From contig JBFJCP010000006.1 in NCBI GenBank assembly GCA_041615815.1, positions 32,001 through 96,000 on the forward strand: 64,000 bases of DNA, given 5' to 3'. The notes below the pieces were generated by a model, which saw only the letters and a list, made by a program, of their open reading frames with translations, had not been told where the DNA came from and made no database searches. The position numbers and the translations under genes were made by a program. The first letter of the stretch is position 1, and the number at the start of each line of letters is the position of its first letter. Source of the stretch: Gemmatimonadales bacterium. GTDB lineage: Bacteria; Gemmatimonadota; Gemmatimonadetes; Gemmatimonadales; GWC2-71-9. This document shows positions 18,120 to 28,079 of this stretch, in pieces.

Positions 18120-20543
18120 ATGAACCGACTGATCGGCTGTCTTGCCGTCTGTGCTATTCTCATCCCCGATGAGGCTGCTCGAGCCCAGGTGACGGCGGAT
18201 ACCGTGCGTCTCGCCGGGCTGCGCGCGCCGGTCGAGATCCTTCGTGATGTTTGGGGCGTCTCGCATATCTACGCGCAGAACGAGGAGGACCTGTTCTTTG
18301 CACAAGGGTTCAACGCCGCGCGAGATCGCCTCTTCCAGCTCGAGCTATGGCGCCGCCGTGCCACGGGCACGATGGCGGGACTCGTGGGCCGGAGAGCGCT
18401 CGAGCACGATATCGGCGCTCGTTTGCTGCAGTTTCGCGGCGACATGCGTAAGGAGATGCGGCATTACCATCCCCGGGGGCGGAGAATCGTGACTGCCTTT
18501 GTTGCGGGCATCAATGCGTACATCGATTTGACTGTCAGGGTGCCCGAACTGCTTCCATGGGAATTCGCCGCTCTCGAGATCAAGCCCGGCAAGTGGACGC
18601 CCGCCGTCGTGGTCTCCCGTCACAATGGCCTGTATCGAAACGCCAATCGAGAGCTCGAGTTGGCAGCCATCGTCCACTCCCTAGGACCGCAGCAGACAAA
18701 GCAGCTACTGGCGTTCGAGCCCGGCAGCCCTTCCTTGACGCCAGATGCCAGCCTTGATCTCGGGACGCTGGACTCTCGAGCGCTCAGCCTCTACCGAGCG
18801 TCCCGATCGCGGATCCGGTTTGAGCCGCAAGACATGGCTGCTGCGTTCCGCGCCGAGGTGTCGCGCCACGAACCGCCCGATCCATGTAGCCTGCCAGAGC
18901 GGTGTGATGCGTGGGAGCAATTCGATCGCCAGCGGAGCGGCAGTAACAATTGGGTGGTCTCGGGCGCACGGACGTTCAGCGGGGCACCGATGATGGCAAA
19001 TGATCCACATCGTGTGCTGTCCCTTCCATCGCTGCGATACTGGGTACATCTGGTGGCACCGGGATGGAATGTCATCGGTGGCGGTGAGCCGGCGCTCCCG
19101 GGAGTGGCGATAGGACACAATGAACACGGTGCGTGGGGTCTGACGATTTTTGCGGTGGATCAAGAAGATCTCTACGTGTACGACACCAATCCTGCCAACG
19201 AGCGGCAGTACAGGTATGGCAGACGGTGGGTCGACATGCTCGTCGTGTCCGACACCATTCCGATTCGCGATGAAGCTCCCGTGGCCGTGGAGCTGCGCTT
19301 CACTCGGCATGGTCCGGTGTTGTTTCAAGACGAGGCACGGAACCGAGCGTACGCACTTCGAGCGGCGTGGCTAGAGGTGGGCTCGGCACCGTATTTGGCG
19401 AGCCTTCGTATCGATCAGGCACGTAACTGGGAGGAATTTCGCGAAGCCTGTGCCTACTTCTATACGCCGTCCGAGAACATGGTTTGGGCTGATGCCACTG
19501 GGAACATCGGATGGCAAGCGACGGGGATCACTCCACGACGACGCGGGTGGGACGGTCTGCTCCCGGTACCAGGAGACGGACGGTTCGAGTGGGATGGTTT
19601 TGTGAAGGTGGTCGATCTCCCGAGCCGCGGGAACCCCGAGCAGGGGTGGCTCGCCACCGCCAACGATAACAATCTGCCGTCTGGGTATCGTCCGATCGTG
19701 GGTTACGAGTGGACCGATCCGTTTCGGATTTCGCGGATTCGCGAAGTACTTGGATCCAGCCGCCGGCTCACGCTGATGGACATGCAGCGCCTGCAGCATG
19801 ATGAGCTGTCGCTTCCCGCTCGATCCTTAGTGCCCCTTCTCGAAGGACTCGATTATCCCAGCGCTGCGGCTGGTAAGGCCGCGGATCGCTTGCTGCGTTG
19901 GGATTACGTGCTCGATCGCGACTCCGACGGGGCCGCCATCTACGTGTTTTGGGAACAGCGATTGGTGGAGCAAGTCTGGCGTAGGCTCGTCCCGGAGGCC
20001 GTCCACGATCTCATCCGTCCGTCGGATCTCTCACTTCGAAAGGTCGTGGACTGGATCACGGTTCCCGACGGCCGTTTGGGACCGCGCCCCTCCGAGGCGA
20101 GGGACGGTCTCCTCGTTGCCAGCCTCCAAGATGCCGTTACTGAACTGAGTGAATTGCTGGGCGAAGACCAGTCACAGTGGAGATATGGGCTCCTCAAGCA
20201 CGTGTTCTACGAGCACTCCCTGAGCGCCGCTGTGAGGCACGACATGCGGGACAGCTTGGACATCGGACCGCTTCCGCGCGGAGGCTACGGCCACACTGTC
20301 AACTATACCTCCGATAATCTGAACCAAACGAGCGGTGCCACGTTTCGCATCATCGTCGACACCAGCGACTGGGACCGGTCGCTTGGAACCAATGCCCCGG
20401 GACAGTCGGGCAATCCAACGAGCCCGCACTACGGCGACCTGTTTGTACCCTGGGCAGCGGGAAAGTACTTCTCCGTCCTCTACTCCCGCGAGCGCGTAGA
20501 GTCCGCAACGGCCGACGTCATCGTGCTCCATCCCACACGTTGA
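18120..20543 (+). CDS. Penicillin acylase family (S45 Ntn-hydrolase), exported
   Basis: Signal peptide; RDVWGVSHIYA, ARDRLFQ, GSNNW nucleophile, ANDPH, TRHGP, PGQSG..SPHY. Confidence 0.92.
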   Translation: MNRLIGCLAVCAILIPDEAARAQVTADTVRLAGLRAPVEILRDVWGVSHIYAQNEEDLFFAQGFNAARDRLFQLELWRRRATGTMAGLVGRRALEHDIGARLLQFRGDMRKEMRHYHPRGRRIVTAFVAGINAYIDLTVRVPELLPWEFAALEIKPGKWTPAVVVSRHNGLYRNANRELELAAIVHSLGPQQTKQLLAFEPGSPSLTPDASLDLGTLDSRALSLYRASRSRIRFEPQDMAAAFRAEVSRHEPPDPCSLPERCDAWEQFDRQRSGSNNWVVSGARTFSGAPMMANDPHRVLSLPSLRYWVHLVAPGWNVIGGGEPALPGVAIGHNEHGAWGLTIFAVDQEDLYVYDTNPANERQYRYGRRWVDMLVVSDTIPIRDEAPVAVELRFTRHGPVLFQDEARNRAYALRAAWLEVGSAPYLASLRIDQARNWEEFREACAYFYTPSENMVWADATGNIGWQATGITPRRRGWDGLLPVPGDGRFEWDGFVKVVDLPSRGNPEQGWLATANDNNLPSGYRPIVGYEWTDPFRISRIREVLGSSRRLTLMDMQRLQHDELSLPARSLVPLLEGLDYPSAAAGKAADRLLRWDYVLDRDSDGAAIYVFWEQRLVEQVWRRLVPEAVHDLIRPSDLSLRKVVDWITVPDGRLGPRPSEARDGLLVASLQDAVTELSELLGEDQSQWRYGLLKHVFYEHSLSAAVRHDMRDSLDIGPLPRGGYGHTVNYTSDNLNQTSGATFRIIVDTSDWDRSLGTNAPGQSGNPTSPHYGDLFVPWAAGKYFSVLYSRERVESATADVIVLHPTR

Positions 20544-20583
20544 TCGGACCTTGTGCGTTTCACCCCTGCCATGGTCCGGAGCT

Positions 20584-21444
20584 CTAGTCTCCTCGAGTGG
20601 ACAGCCAGCGATACAGCGCTCGGATGTTGAGTGGGAACCATTCCGTGTAGCCCCGCCAACGCTCATACGCCGGCAATCTCACCTCTTGCGCGGCCTGATC
20701 CTCGGTGAGCCCTCGTTGGATCGCAGCGTCGACGGCGCTGCGGAGATCCTCGTAATACTGAACCTGGCGCTCGATGGTGGCACGCGTCCCCGGGGCGCCA
20801 TGGCCGAACGCAATCGTCGAAAAGTCTATTTCTAAGAGTCGCCGCAACGCGTCGAAGAACTCGGGGAAATAGTAGTCCGGCAAATCCCGATACCCCACGC
20901 CATCGTTAGTCACGAAATCAACCGCGAAGGCAATTCGGTCTTCGGGCAAGTAGGCGACGACCATATTGTCGCTGTGACTGCGTCCCAAGTAGTGGAGCTC
21001 CAGCAGTCGACCACCGAAGTGAAGGGTCAGCTGGTCCTCGAACGTAATGTCGGGGGGAGGGAGGTCCGGATTTGGCGCCTCTGTGAGGCGTCCGCGGCTG
21101 TTCGCATGCGCAATGATCGGAACCTCGCTACCAAAGGCGGAGCGCAGGACTCGGGCACCGGTGGCGTGATCCGCGTGATGGTGACTGTAGACGACGGCTC
21201 TAAGCGCCTTGCCGGGCGCCACTCGCTTGATAGCCTCTGCAAAGTGGCGGGCTGCTTGAGTGGAGATCGGATCGATGGCGACGACGCCGTCGGTCGTGAC
21301 GACGAACAGTCCCTGGTGTGCCTGGAACCGGAACTGATAGACGCCTTCAGCAAGACGGGTCGTTTCCACCTGTGTGTCTTGCGAGGATACGGGTGCTGCC
21401 AAACTGGCCAGGGCTGCTACCAACATCGAGGCTGTTCGCGTCAT
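20584..21444 (-). CDS. Exported MBL-fold metallo-hydrolase
   Basis: Signal peptide; SHHHADH, GRSHSD, AVDF, FGHG. Confidence 0.85.
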   Translation of the reverse strand: MTRTASMLVAALASLAAPVSSQDTQVETTRLAEGVYQFRFQAHQGLFVVTTDGVVAIDPISTQAARHFAEAIKRVAPGKALRAVVYSHHHADHATGARVLRSAFGSEVPIIAHANSRGRLTEAPNPDLPPPDITFEDQLTLHFGGRLLELHYLGRSHSDNMVVAYLPEDRIAFAVDFVTNDGVGYRDLPDYYFPEFFDALRRLLEIDFSTIAFGHGAPGTRATIERQVQYYEDLRSAVDAAIQRGLTEDQAAQEVRLPAYERWRGYTEWFPLNIRALYRWLSTRGD

Positions 21445-21683
21445 GAATCCACTCCTCGTTGGCGGACGAACGCAGTTGTGGTATGTGGCACAGCACAATT
21501 TCGAACTGGGCTCGGTGCTATCGGGCCTGAAGACGAGCAGCTGCGTCTGCGACCATTCACGATCTCCTTCCTTCCGTGCCGACCTGTCAACCCGAGTTGT
21601 CAAAACGAATCGATCGTGCCGCTCCGGAACTGAAACGTCTAGAGGTCTTCTGACCTCCGCACCGGCGGCGCCAGCCAGGTCTT

Positions 21684-23129
21684 TCACGGGTCACCCGCGG
21701 CCTTGGGAGGCGGAAAGAAGATCCGGACGTTGGCGGCGGGCACCGGACGGGTGAATCGGGAAACAATCAGGAACAGTACGAGGCTCGTGGCCACTCCAAT
21801 CTCAACGGCATCGATGCCGTGACGATCGAAGGTCTCCTGGCCGGTCAACTCCCAGGTGAGGCATGCGAGAAACCCGCCGAGCATCGAGGCGATCGCGCCA
21901 GCGGCCGTACCACGGCGCCAGTTCAACCCGATGACGACGGGTATGAAGAAGAAACTGGCAATGAACTTTGCCTGCTCTACGACGATGGCTTGAACATCTC
22001 CATACTTCTGCAACGCGAAGTACAACGGGATCAACGCGAGCACGACGATGCTGATTCGGTTTACCAGGACTAGGTGGCGCTGACTGGCATTCCGGCGCAG
22101 GAACCTGCCATACAAATCATGGGCCACCGACGCGCCGGTGACGAGCAGGATGGAGTTCACGGTGGACATGATGGCGCTCAGCATGGCAACGATGAGCAGA
22201 GCCCCGACCAGCGGTGGCAACACTTCAAACGCCATGATGGAACTCGCCTGATCGGCAGATGCGAGGTTGGGGAAGAGCACCCGTGTAAAAAGTCCAATGG
22301 CCAAAACACTCAAGCCGATGATGAATTGAAAACCGATCGAGACCGCAATGGCCTGTTTCACCGTTCGCTCATCACGCATTGAGTAGAATCTCGTCATCTC
22401 GTACGGGGCTGCCGCTATCGACAATCCGAAACTGATGCCGAACGCCAGGAGTGCACGTGGGCCGTAATACCAGCCCAACAGCCGGTCATCCAGAGACGCT
22501 AAGAACCGGAGTGGTGTGCCGAAGCCACCGGCATGGCTGACGAGGACCGGGACGGCAATCATGAGGCCGCTTACCATGATCAGGGTTTGGAGGAATTCGA
22601 TGTACGAGCTGCTTCGCACCCCGCCCAAAAGCGTGTACAGGGCCGTGCTTCCCACTAGGATGAGCATGGCCGTTAGCGGCTCGATGCCGAAGATCGCGAG
22701 GGCGATTTCGCCGCTGGCCTGGAATTGTGCTACGAGGTAGATCGTGTAAGACACGACGATGAGCACGGCGGCCAACGCCCGGGCGGGTTCGCTGCCAAAC
22801 CGTGTGCCGATGTAGTCGGGGACCGTGAGGGCGCCAAAGCGTCGCAGCTTGGGTGCCACGAAGAACGCCGAGACGAGCCACCCAGCCCAAACGCCAAACC
22901 AGATGTACCACCAAGACACCCCCGTGAGGTAATGCCGTCCCAAGGTCCCCACGACGGTGCCGGCGCTGATCTGTGTAGCGGCGAGTACGGCTCCACCGAC
23001 GAACGGTCCGATGGAGCGCCCAGCAGCGATGAAGTCCTCCTCTGTCTTCGTGTGAAACGAGCTCGCGATCGCAATGCCGAGGACCAGTAGGAAATAGACG
23101 GCGAGTACGATACCGAGCGTGAGTCCCAT
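21684..23129 (-). CDS. Sodium:solute symporter (SSS) family protein
   Basis: DFIAAGRS, TVPDYIGTRF, YTLLGG, SAIMSTVNS; many TM helices. Confidence 0.9.
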   Translation of the reverse strand: MGLTLGIVLAVYFLLVLGIAIASSFHTKTEEDFIAAGRSIGPFVGGAVLAATQISAGTVVGTLGRHYLTGVSWWYIWFGVWAGWLVSAFFVAPKLRRFGALTVPDYIGTRFGSEPARALAAVLIVVSYTIYLVAQFQASGEIALAIFGIEPLTAMLILVGSTALYTLLGGVRSSSYIEFLQTLIMVSGLMIAVPVLVSHAGGFGTPLRFLASLDDRLLGWYYGPRALLAFGISFGLSIAAAPYEMTRFYSMRDERTVKQAIAVSIGFQFIIGLSVLAIGLFTRVLFPNLASADQASSIMAFEVLPPLVGALLIVAMLSAIMSTVNSILLVTGASVAHDLYGRFLRRNASQRHLVLVNRISIVVLALIPLYFALQKYGDVQAIVVEQAKFIASFFFIPVVIGLNWRRGTAAGAIASMLGGFLACLTWELTGQETFDRHGIDAVEIGVATSLVLFLIVSRFTRPVPAANVRIFFPPPKAAGDP

Positions 23130-23726
23130 CTACTCGCCCCGCGCCGCACTGCCGACACGGCGCTGGCTCCGGCGGCGGGCGATCCACGAAAGGGTGGCGA
23201 GGCCAATCAACGCCAGCACGCCCAGCTCCGCGATGCGGTTGGTAGTCCACATACCGTGGCGCGAGGGCGGTCGCACGAAGCTCGGAAGACTGCTTGGCGT
23301 AGCCATGGCGGCGGTCGTGCCGACTGCGGCGAGTCGGGGGAAGGTATTGTCGAGTGGCCGGCCCGGTGGCACCCCAGCGACGTGGATGCGAACACGTCCA
23401 CCGCCGGGAGTTAACGTCATGTCCGGGACCGGAATCGGGATCCGCGAGAGGTCGCCCTCCAGCTCGAAGGATATCTCGGCGCGCCCGGCTCGCGGCAGAA
23501 TCGTCACTCGCTGTAGTCCCGCAAGCGTGTCGGGTGCAGTTGTGCCCTCCAACATGCGCACCGCTTGACCCGGTAGCCGCATGAGAGACAGGCCAAGTGA
23601 ATCCGGTGCAGGGAGGTAGTATCGTGCGACGACCGTTGCCTCGCCGTTGCCAAGGCTGATCTGGATCACTGCCGAGTCCACCTGAGCCAGCGCCAAGACG
23701 GCGAACATCGCTGCGAGCTGTGGCAC
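23130..23726 (-). CDS. Hypothetical exported protein with C-terminal TM anchor
   Basis: Signal-like N-terminus, C-terminal hydrophobic helix and Arg-rich tail; tightly packed between ligase and SSS genes. Confidence 0.6.
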   Translation of the reverse strand: MPQLAAMFAVLALAQVDSAVIQISLGNGEATVVARYYLPAPDSLGLSLMRLPGQAVRMLEGTTAPDTLAGLQRVTILPRAGRAEISFELEGDLSRIPIPVPDMTLTPGGGRVRIHVAGVPPGRPLDNTFPRLAAVGTTAAMATPSSLPSFVRPPSRHGMWTTNRIAELGVLALIGLATLSWIARRRSQRRVGSAARGE

Positions 23727-23729
23727 GTG

Positions 23730-24856
23730 CTACCGCGAGGCGGGCTCCCGAGCTGGAATCCCCTCGGCGGTCTCTTCGATCAGTTGAGTCACGACGGCCT
23801 TCAAGTCACCGGTCCGTTCGTACGTGCGAGCTGGCGGTCGGCGCTAGAGCCTTCGTCCAGCATGTGGTACGCATATTCGACTTCCTTACGGCTTCCTAGT
23901 TCGTCAACCACGTCGGCAATGAACCAATCCAAGATCTCGCGAATGAGATCGCGTGCAGGAACTTCTTTTTGTTTGCCGAAATCGATCAGTTTGCCGTCCA
24001 GCCCGTGGCGCACGGCACGCCACTTGTTCTCCTCGATCAGCGCGGCAGGGTAGACACGGAAGGTGGTGTTGGCCAAGCGCAGCTTCCAGAGCTTGGCGAC
24101 CACGGCCTGTAGCAGGGCGGCGATACAGACCGCTTCGTCCACACGAGGGCACACGTCCATGAAGCGGAATTCGAGGGTCTGATACCGGTGATGCGGGCGA
24201 ACGTCCCAGTAGATCTTGGAGCCGTCTGGAATACAGTTTGTCTGCACGAGCACGTCGAGCAGCTCGCGGTACTCGCTATACGACCGCATGGTCCGTGGCA
24301 CACCGGTTCTCGGGAAGTAGCGCCAGATGATGCTGCGGTACGATTTGAGACCGGTGTCGCGTCCCATCCAGAATGGCGAACTGGATGCGAGGCACAGCAG
24401 ATGTGGCATCAGGTACCGCGCCGTGTTCATGGCATCGATCAAGAACTCACGATCTTCGATCCCGATGTGGACATGCATGCCGAAAATCAAGAGTTGCTGG
24501 GCGAGATCTCCCATGTCCTTCTTGATCCCCATGTAGCGTTCGAGTGGCGTGATCTCCTGATCGAGCCAGGATGAAAAGGGGTGGGTCCCCGCCGCCACGA
24601 TCTTGAGATCGTTCTTGGCTGCCAGGCCCATGACCATCCCGCGGAGCCGAACGAGTTCCTCGCGCGCCTCCGCTGCGTTTTGGCAAACTGTACTCCCGAT
24701 CTCAACCGTGGATTGGTGAAGTTCGGGCTTGATCTCACGAAGGGTGAGGTGGTCATCGGAGAGAATCTCGATGATATAGGATGACAACTCGCCTGTGCCG
24801 GGGTCGACGATCTGGTATTCCTCTTCTATGCCGATGGTCAGTGATGGAGGTTTCAT
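23730..24856 (-). CDS. YbdK/GCS2-family carboxylate-amine ligase with frameshift near the C-terminus
   Basis: TIGIEEEYQIVD, GTHPF, FGMHVHIG, SSPFW, YWDVRPH, TLEFR; family-like tail TYERTGDLKAVV continues in another frame from 23825 to TAG 23730-23732. Confidence 0.85.
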
Positions 24857-24931
24857 GTCATCATGGCGAAGGGGGAATGGCTGTCTGCTTCACATGACGA
24901 TATTCGCTGGCGTGGTGACATGTGTCAAAAC

Positions 24932-26272
24932 TCAAGGTTCTGCCGCCACACCCAACACGGATGTCAAGAGCCACCAGAGACCGACAAGCGTCACCGCAGC
25001 GGGAATGACGTAGCGAATCCACAGAAACAGCAATGGTGAGATCTGGTGTGGGCTCCCGCTGGAGAGCTCCGCCAGTGCGGTCCCCCGATCGATGGCCCAC
25101 CCCACGGTGACTACGGCAAGTAGCACGCCGAGCGTCTGCATACCGGATCCAAACGTGAGGTCCCACGGGACGAAGATGTCGGTGTTGATCATTGGTGGGA
25201 GTGAAAACAGAAAGACGACGCCTGCCATTGTCCAGACCGCTTGCTGTCGGGAGAGGGGGGTACTGTCTGTGAGGCCGGCAATGAGAACCTCGAAGGCGGC
25301 CACATCCGACAAGTAGGCTGCTCCAAGCAACCCGATGAAGAACAGCACTCCAAAGAGCCAGCCCACCGGAAGCGCTGCGAAGACGCTCGGTAGAGTCGAA
25401 AAGAGAAGTCCCGGACCGCTGCCGGGCTCGAGCCCAAATGCGAACACGGCGGGAAAGATGGCGAGGCCGGCCAACAGCCCGGCTCCCGTGTCGCCGATCG
25501 CGGTCCACGCCGCGTTGCGGCGAAGATTGGCTTCTTTGCCGAGGTAGGATCCGTACACGACCATGAATGTGCCACCGAGGGACAGCGAGAACACCGCTTG
25601 GCCTGTTGCCGCGAGGACCACTCGGGGAGTGAGTGCCCCCAACTCCAGCTTCAAGATGTACCAACGGACGCCGTCTCCACTGCCTGGGAGTGTGAGCGCC
25701 CGAACTATCAGAATTCCCAAGATCACCAGCAGCATGGGGACGAGCACACGACTCACCGGCTCGATGCCCGCCCGCAATCCCTTGAGCAGCACGGTGACGC
25801 ATCCGAGGATGACGAGTCCCGAGAAGAAGACCTGCAGCAGGAAGGAGCTGAGCTTGAACCCGGTGCTGGGTGGGAGGATGGCGGCGGGGTCGATCGATGT
25901 CCCGATCGCTCGCCCCAGCTCGGTGACGGCGTAGTACGCCACCCACCCCACGACATTCGTGTAATAGGCCGTTGCTGCCGTCACGACGAAAAAGAAGAAC
26001 CAACCAACGTAGCGTCCCCAGGGCAAACCGGCCCGCTCGAAGGCGCCAACCGGTCCCCGGCCGGTATGACGTCCCAGGGTCCACTCCGCCATCAATGCCG
26101 GGATCCCAATCGCGACCACGGCTACGAGGTACACCAAGACGAACGCGGCACCGCCAAAGCGGCCTACCATATATGGGAACCGCCAGACATTGCCCAAACC
26201 CACGGCTACGCCGACCATCGTCAACAGCATGCCAATGGTCGATGCGAATCCCTGGCGCTCCGCGTTTGTCAA
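24932..26272 (-). CDS. Sodium-dependent transporter (NSS/SNF family)
   Basis: AVGLGNVWRFPY, GGAAF, GQAVFSLSLG, YGSY, GPGLLF; TTG start overlaps the cupin stop. Confidence 0.92.
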   Translation of the reverse strand: MTNAERQGFASTIGMLLTMVGVAVGLGNVWRFPYMVGRFGGAAFVLVYLVAVVAIGIPALMAEWTLGRHTGRGPVGAFERAGLPWGRYVGWFFFFVVTAATAYYTNVVGWVAYYAVTELGRAIGTSIDPAAILPPSTGFKLSSFLLQVFFSGLVILGCVTVLLKGLRAGIEPVSRVLVPMLLVILGILIVRALTLPGSGDGVRWYILKLELGALTPRVVLAATGQAVFSLSLGGTFMVVYGSYLGKEANLRRNAAWTAIGDTGAGLLAGLAIFPAVFAFGLEPGSGPGLLFSTLPSVFAALPVGWLFGVLFFIGLLGAAYLSDVAAFEVLIAGLTDSTPLSRQQAVWTMAGVVFLFSLPPMINTDIFVPWDLTFGSGMQTLGVLLAVVTVGWAIDRGTALAELSSGSPHQISPLLFLWIRYVIPAAVTLVGLWWLLTSVLGVAAEP

Positions 26273-26700
26273 CGGGTGGAGGGGCGCTCGTATGGAACGA
26301 TGTGTTCCCACTCGTCAGCGTCGGAGCGCGCCACGACGGCGACGACGGGCTCCGTTTCGCTGAGATTGAACACCTCGTGGGGAACGCCGGGCTCAATGAA
26401 GATGAAGTCGCCCGCCACGTTGTCGACCACCCGGGTCAGGCCGTCGCCGTACTCATGACGGACGTGGCCCCGCAGGATGTACAGCATGACTTCGAAACCC
26501 ACGTGGATATGGGCCTTGGCAACTCCCCCGGGGGGAATCGTTGCCACGTTCATGGACAGAGCCCGCGAACCGACGTTCTTACTGGACATACCAGTGCGGT
26601 ATTGGATGCCGTTCCAGTGACGCCATGGATCGCCGGCGCGGATGACGCTGATGCCGTCCCCTGGCTCCACGGGGCTGATGAGGTCCTCGCGAGAACTCAT
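26269..26700 (-). CDS. Cupin domain protein (RmlC-like)
   Basis: AHIH..E and GDFIFIEPGVPH cupin motifs. Confidence 0.85.
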   Translation of the reverse strand: MSSREDLISPVEPGDGISVIRAGDPWRHWNGIQYRTGMSSKNVGSRALSMNVATIPPGGVAKAHIHVGFEVMLYILRGHVRHEYGDGLTRVVDNVAGDFIFIEPGVPHEVFNLSETEPVVAVVARSDADEWEHIVPYERPSTR

Positions 26701-26959
26701 GCCCGACCTCGTAAAACGTAGTGATGGAGTGTGTGGTTCGAGAGAAGGTATTGGATGGGCGAGAGAGGGGAAGACGGCGCCCCAAAGGCGCCGTGGTGCT
26801 GCCCATCCTGGCCTTCGGTGGCGCCGCCCTCGTCGCGATGCCTTGGATCTCTCCGATCCGATGCGGTGCCATCTCTTTCTTCCGATGCACCGGATGCGTC
26901 GGACTATCCGACTCCGTGCATACAGGTGAATAGTGTATGTCAGCTAAACTCGCGGAAGC

Positions 26960-27409
26960 CTAGGCTGCTTCGAGCGCCGATGTGCAGTGCCCGCAGCGCG
27001 ATGCGTTGATGGGGATTTTCATCTTGCAGTAGGGGCAGTCTTTCGTCGTGGGCGCGGGCGCCTCCTCTTTCTTCTGCATGCGGACCATGACCCGGACCAC
27101 GAGGAACATCGCAAGGGCGACAATCACGAATGCGATGACGTTATCCATGAATACGCCCCAACTGATGACCACGGCACCGGCCTCCTGCGCGTCGGCGAGG
27201 GTCGAATAGGGGCCCATGGGATCTCCTGATTTGAGCATCAAGAACAGATTCGAGAAGTCGACGTTCCCCAATGCCATGCCCACCGGTGGCATGAGAACGT
27301 CGGACACCAACGACTTGACTACCGTACCAAACGCGGCGCCAATGATGATGCCCACCGCCATGTCTACCACGTTGCCGCGGAGGGCAAAATCCTTGAAGTC
27401 TTTTAGCAT
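26960..27409 (-). CDS. mscL: Large-conductance mechanosensitive channel with C-terminal zinc ribbon
   Basis: FKDFALRGNVVDMAVGIIIGAAFGTVVKSLVSDVLMPP; tail CPYC-x9-CGHC. Confidence 0.93.
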   Translation of the reverse strand: MLKDFKDFALRGNVVDMAVGIIIGAAFGTVVKSLVSDVLMPPVGMALGNVDFSNLFLMLKSGDPMGPYSTLADAQEAGAVVISWGVFMDNVIAFVIVALAMFLVVRVMVRMQKKEEAPAPTTKDCPYCKMKIPINASRCGHCTSALEAA

Positions 27410-28063
27410 TGTTCGACTCCCTTCGAGGTGTTCAATCCAGGATCCCGAGAATTGCTCGGTCCGCCGTCCCCGTAGGCCGGTCAGGACCTGCGGAGCCAGG
27501 ACACCCATCGTGCAGGTCCGTCGATCCCGTGCCGGATGCCCCGCGGCACGATTCACGAATACAACCTAGCCGACGCGCATCGAACTCACCCGGCTCGGCG
27601 AGTCGGTGTCGGGCCCGCTGTTGAGGATCTCGGGCGCCTCAAGGATCGTGTCGAAGATCACCAGCAGCGGGTGCAAGTCATCGACAGAGACCGTCCGGTT
27701 CCGACGTGAGCATGACAGCAGGCTCGGCCATGTGCAAGTCGACGGTTCAGCGGGACGTCGAGGTTCGTTGTAACCCGACGGTCATGGCTGGCGCCATCTT
27801 GGCCGCGCGCGGCCTGCATTCGAACCACGACTGCCCTCGAGCAGCGGTATTCCTTGAGTCGTGAAGTCGGAACCGGGGGGCTGCGCACCGGCCTACCCGC
27901 TCCTGGCCGGTCCATGGTCGGTGTGCGGGTAACGCGATCGGGTGATACACTTCTCACCACGGTCGAGGCAGATGGTCCCCGGGGCGTCTCCCCGCGGCCT
28001 GGCGGGTCTCGACCCAAACACCGGAATCCGTTGTCACGAAATGGGTTAGACTTGTGTGTGCGC

Positions 28064-28079
28064 GGGCACTTCCGTTGCC
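28064..28079 (+). promoter_or_regulatory. Sigma54 -24/-12 promoter upstream of DUF481-like gene
   Basis: GGGCACTTCCGTTGCC with exact GG/GC spacing; IHF-like segment 28025-28048; palindrome GGTGA-N8-TCACC at 27941-27958. Confidence 0.55.

Noticed and set aside
16895..21444. Penicillin/cephalosporin biosynthetic cluster
   Set aside because: No ACV synthetase/NRPS or other pathway genes in the window; all three families are broad. Kept only as a weaker catabolic hypothesis.
24861..26396. 511-aa alternative-frame ORF over the NSS transporter
   Set aside because: Arg/Gly/Pro-rich shadow ORF typical of high-GC DNA; the transporter frame has clear family motifs.
26800..26860. Glycine riboswitch
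   Set aside because: GGAGAGA and CACCGAAGG are present, but the P3 extension and CUCUCAGG are missing, and there is no second aptamer.
26721..26933. 70-aa Cys-containing ORF as a peptide precursor
   Set aside because: No convincing RBS or family features, and it lies antisense in a structured leader region.
27678..27731. Selenocysteine read-through of TGA after MAEPAVMLTSEPDGLCR
   Set aside because: Read-through meets another TGA within 13 codons; no selenoprotein motif or recognisable SECIS.
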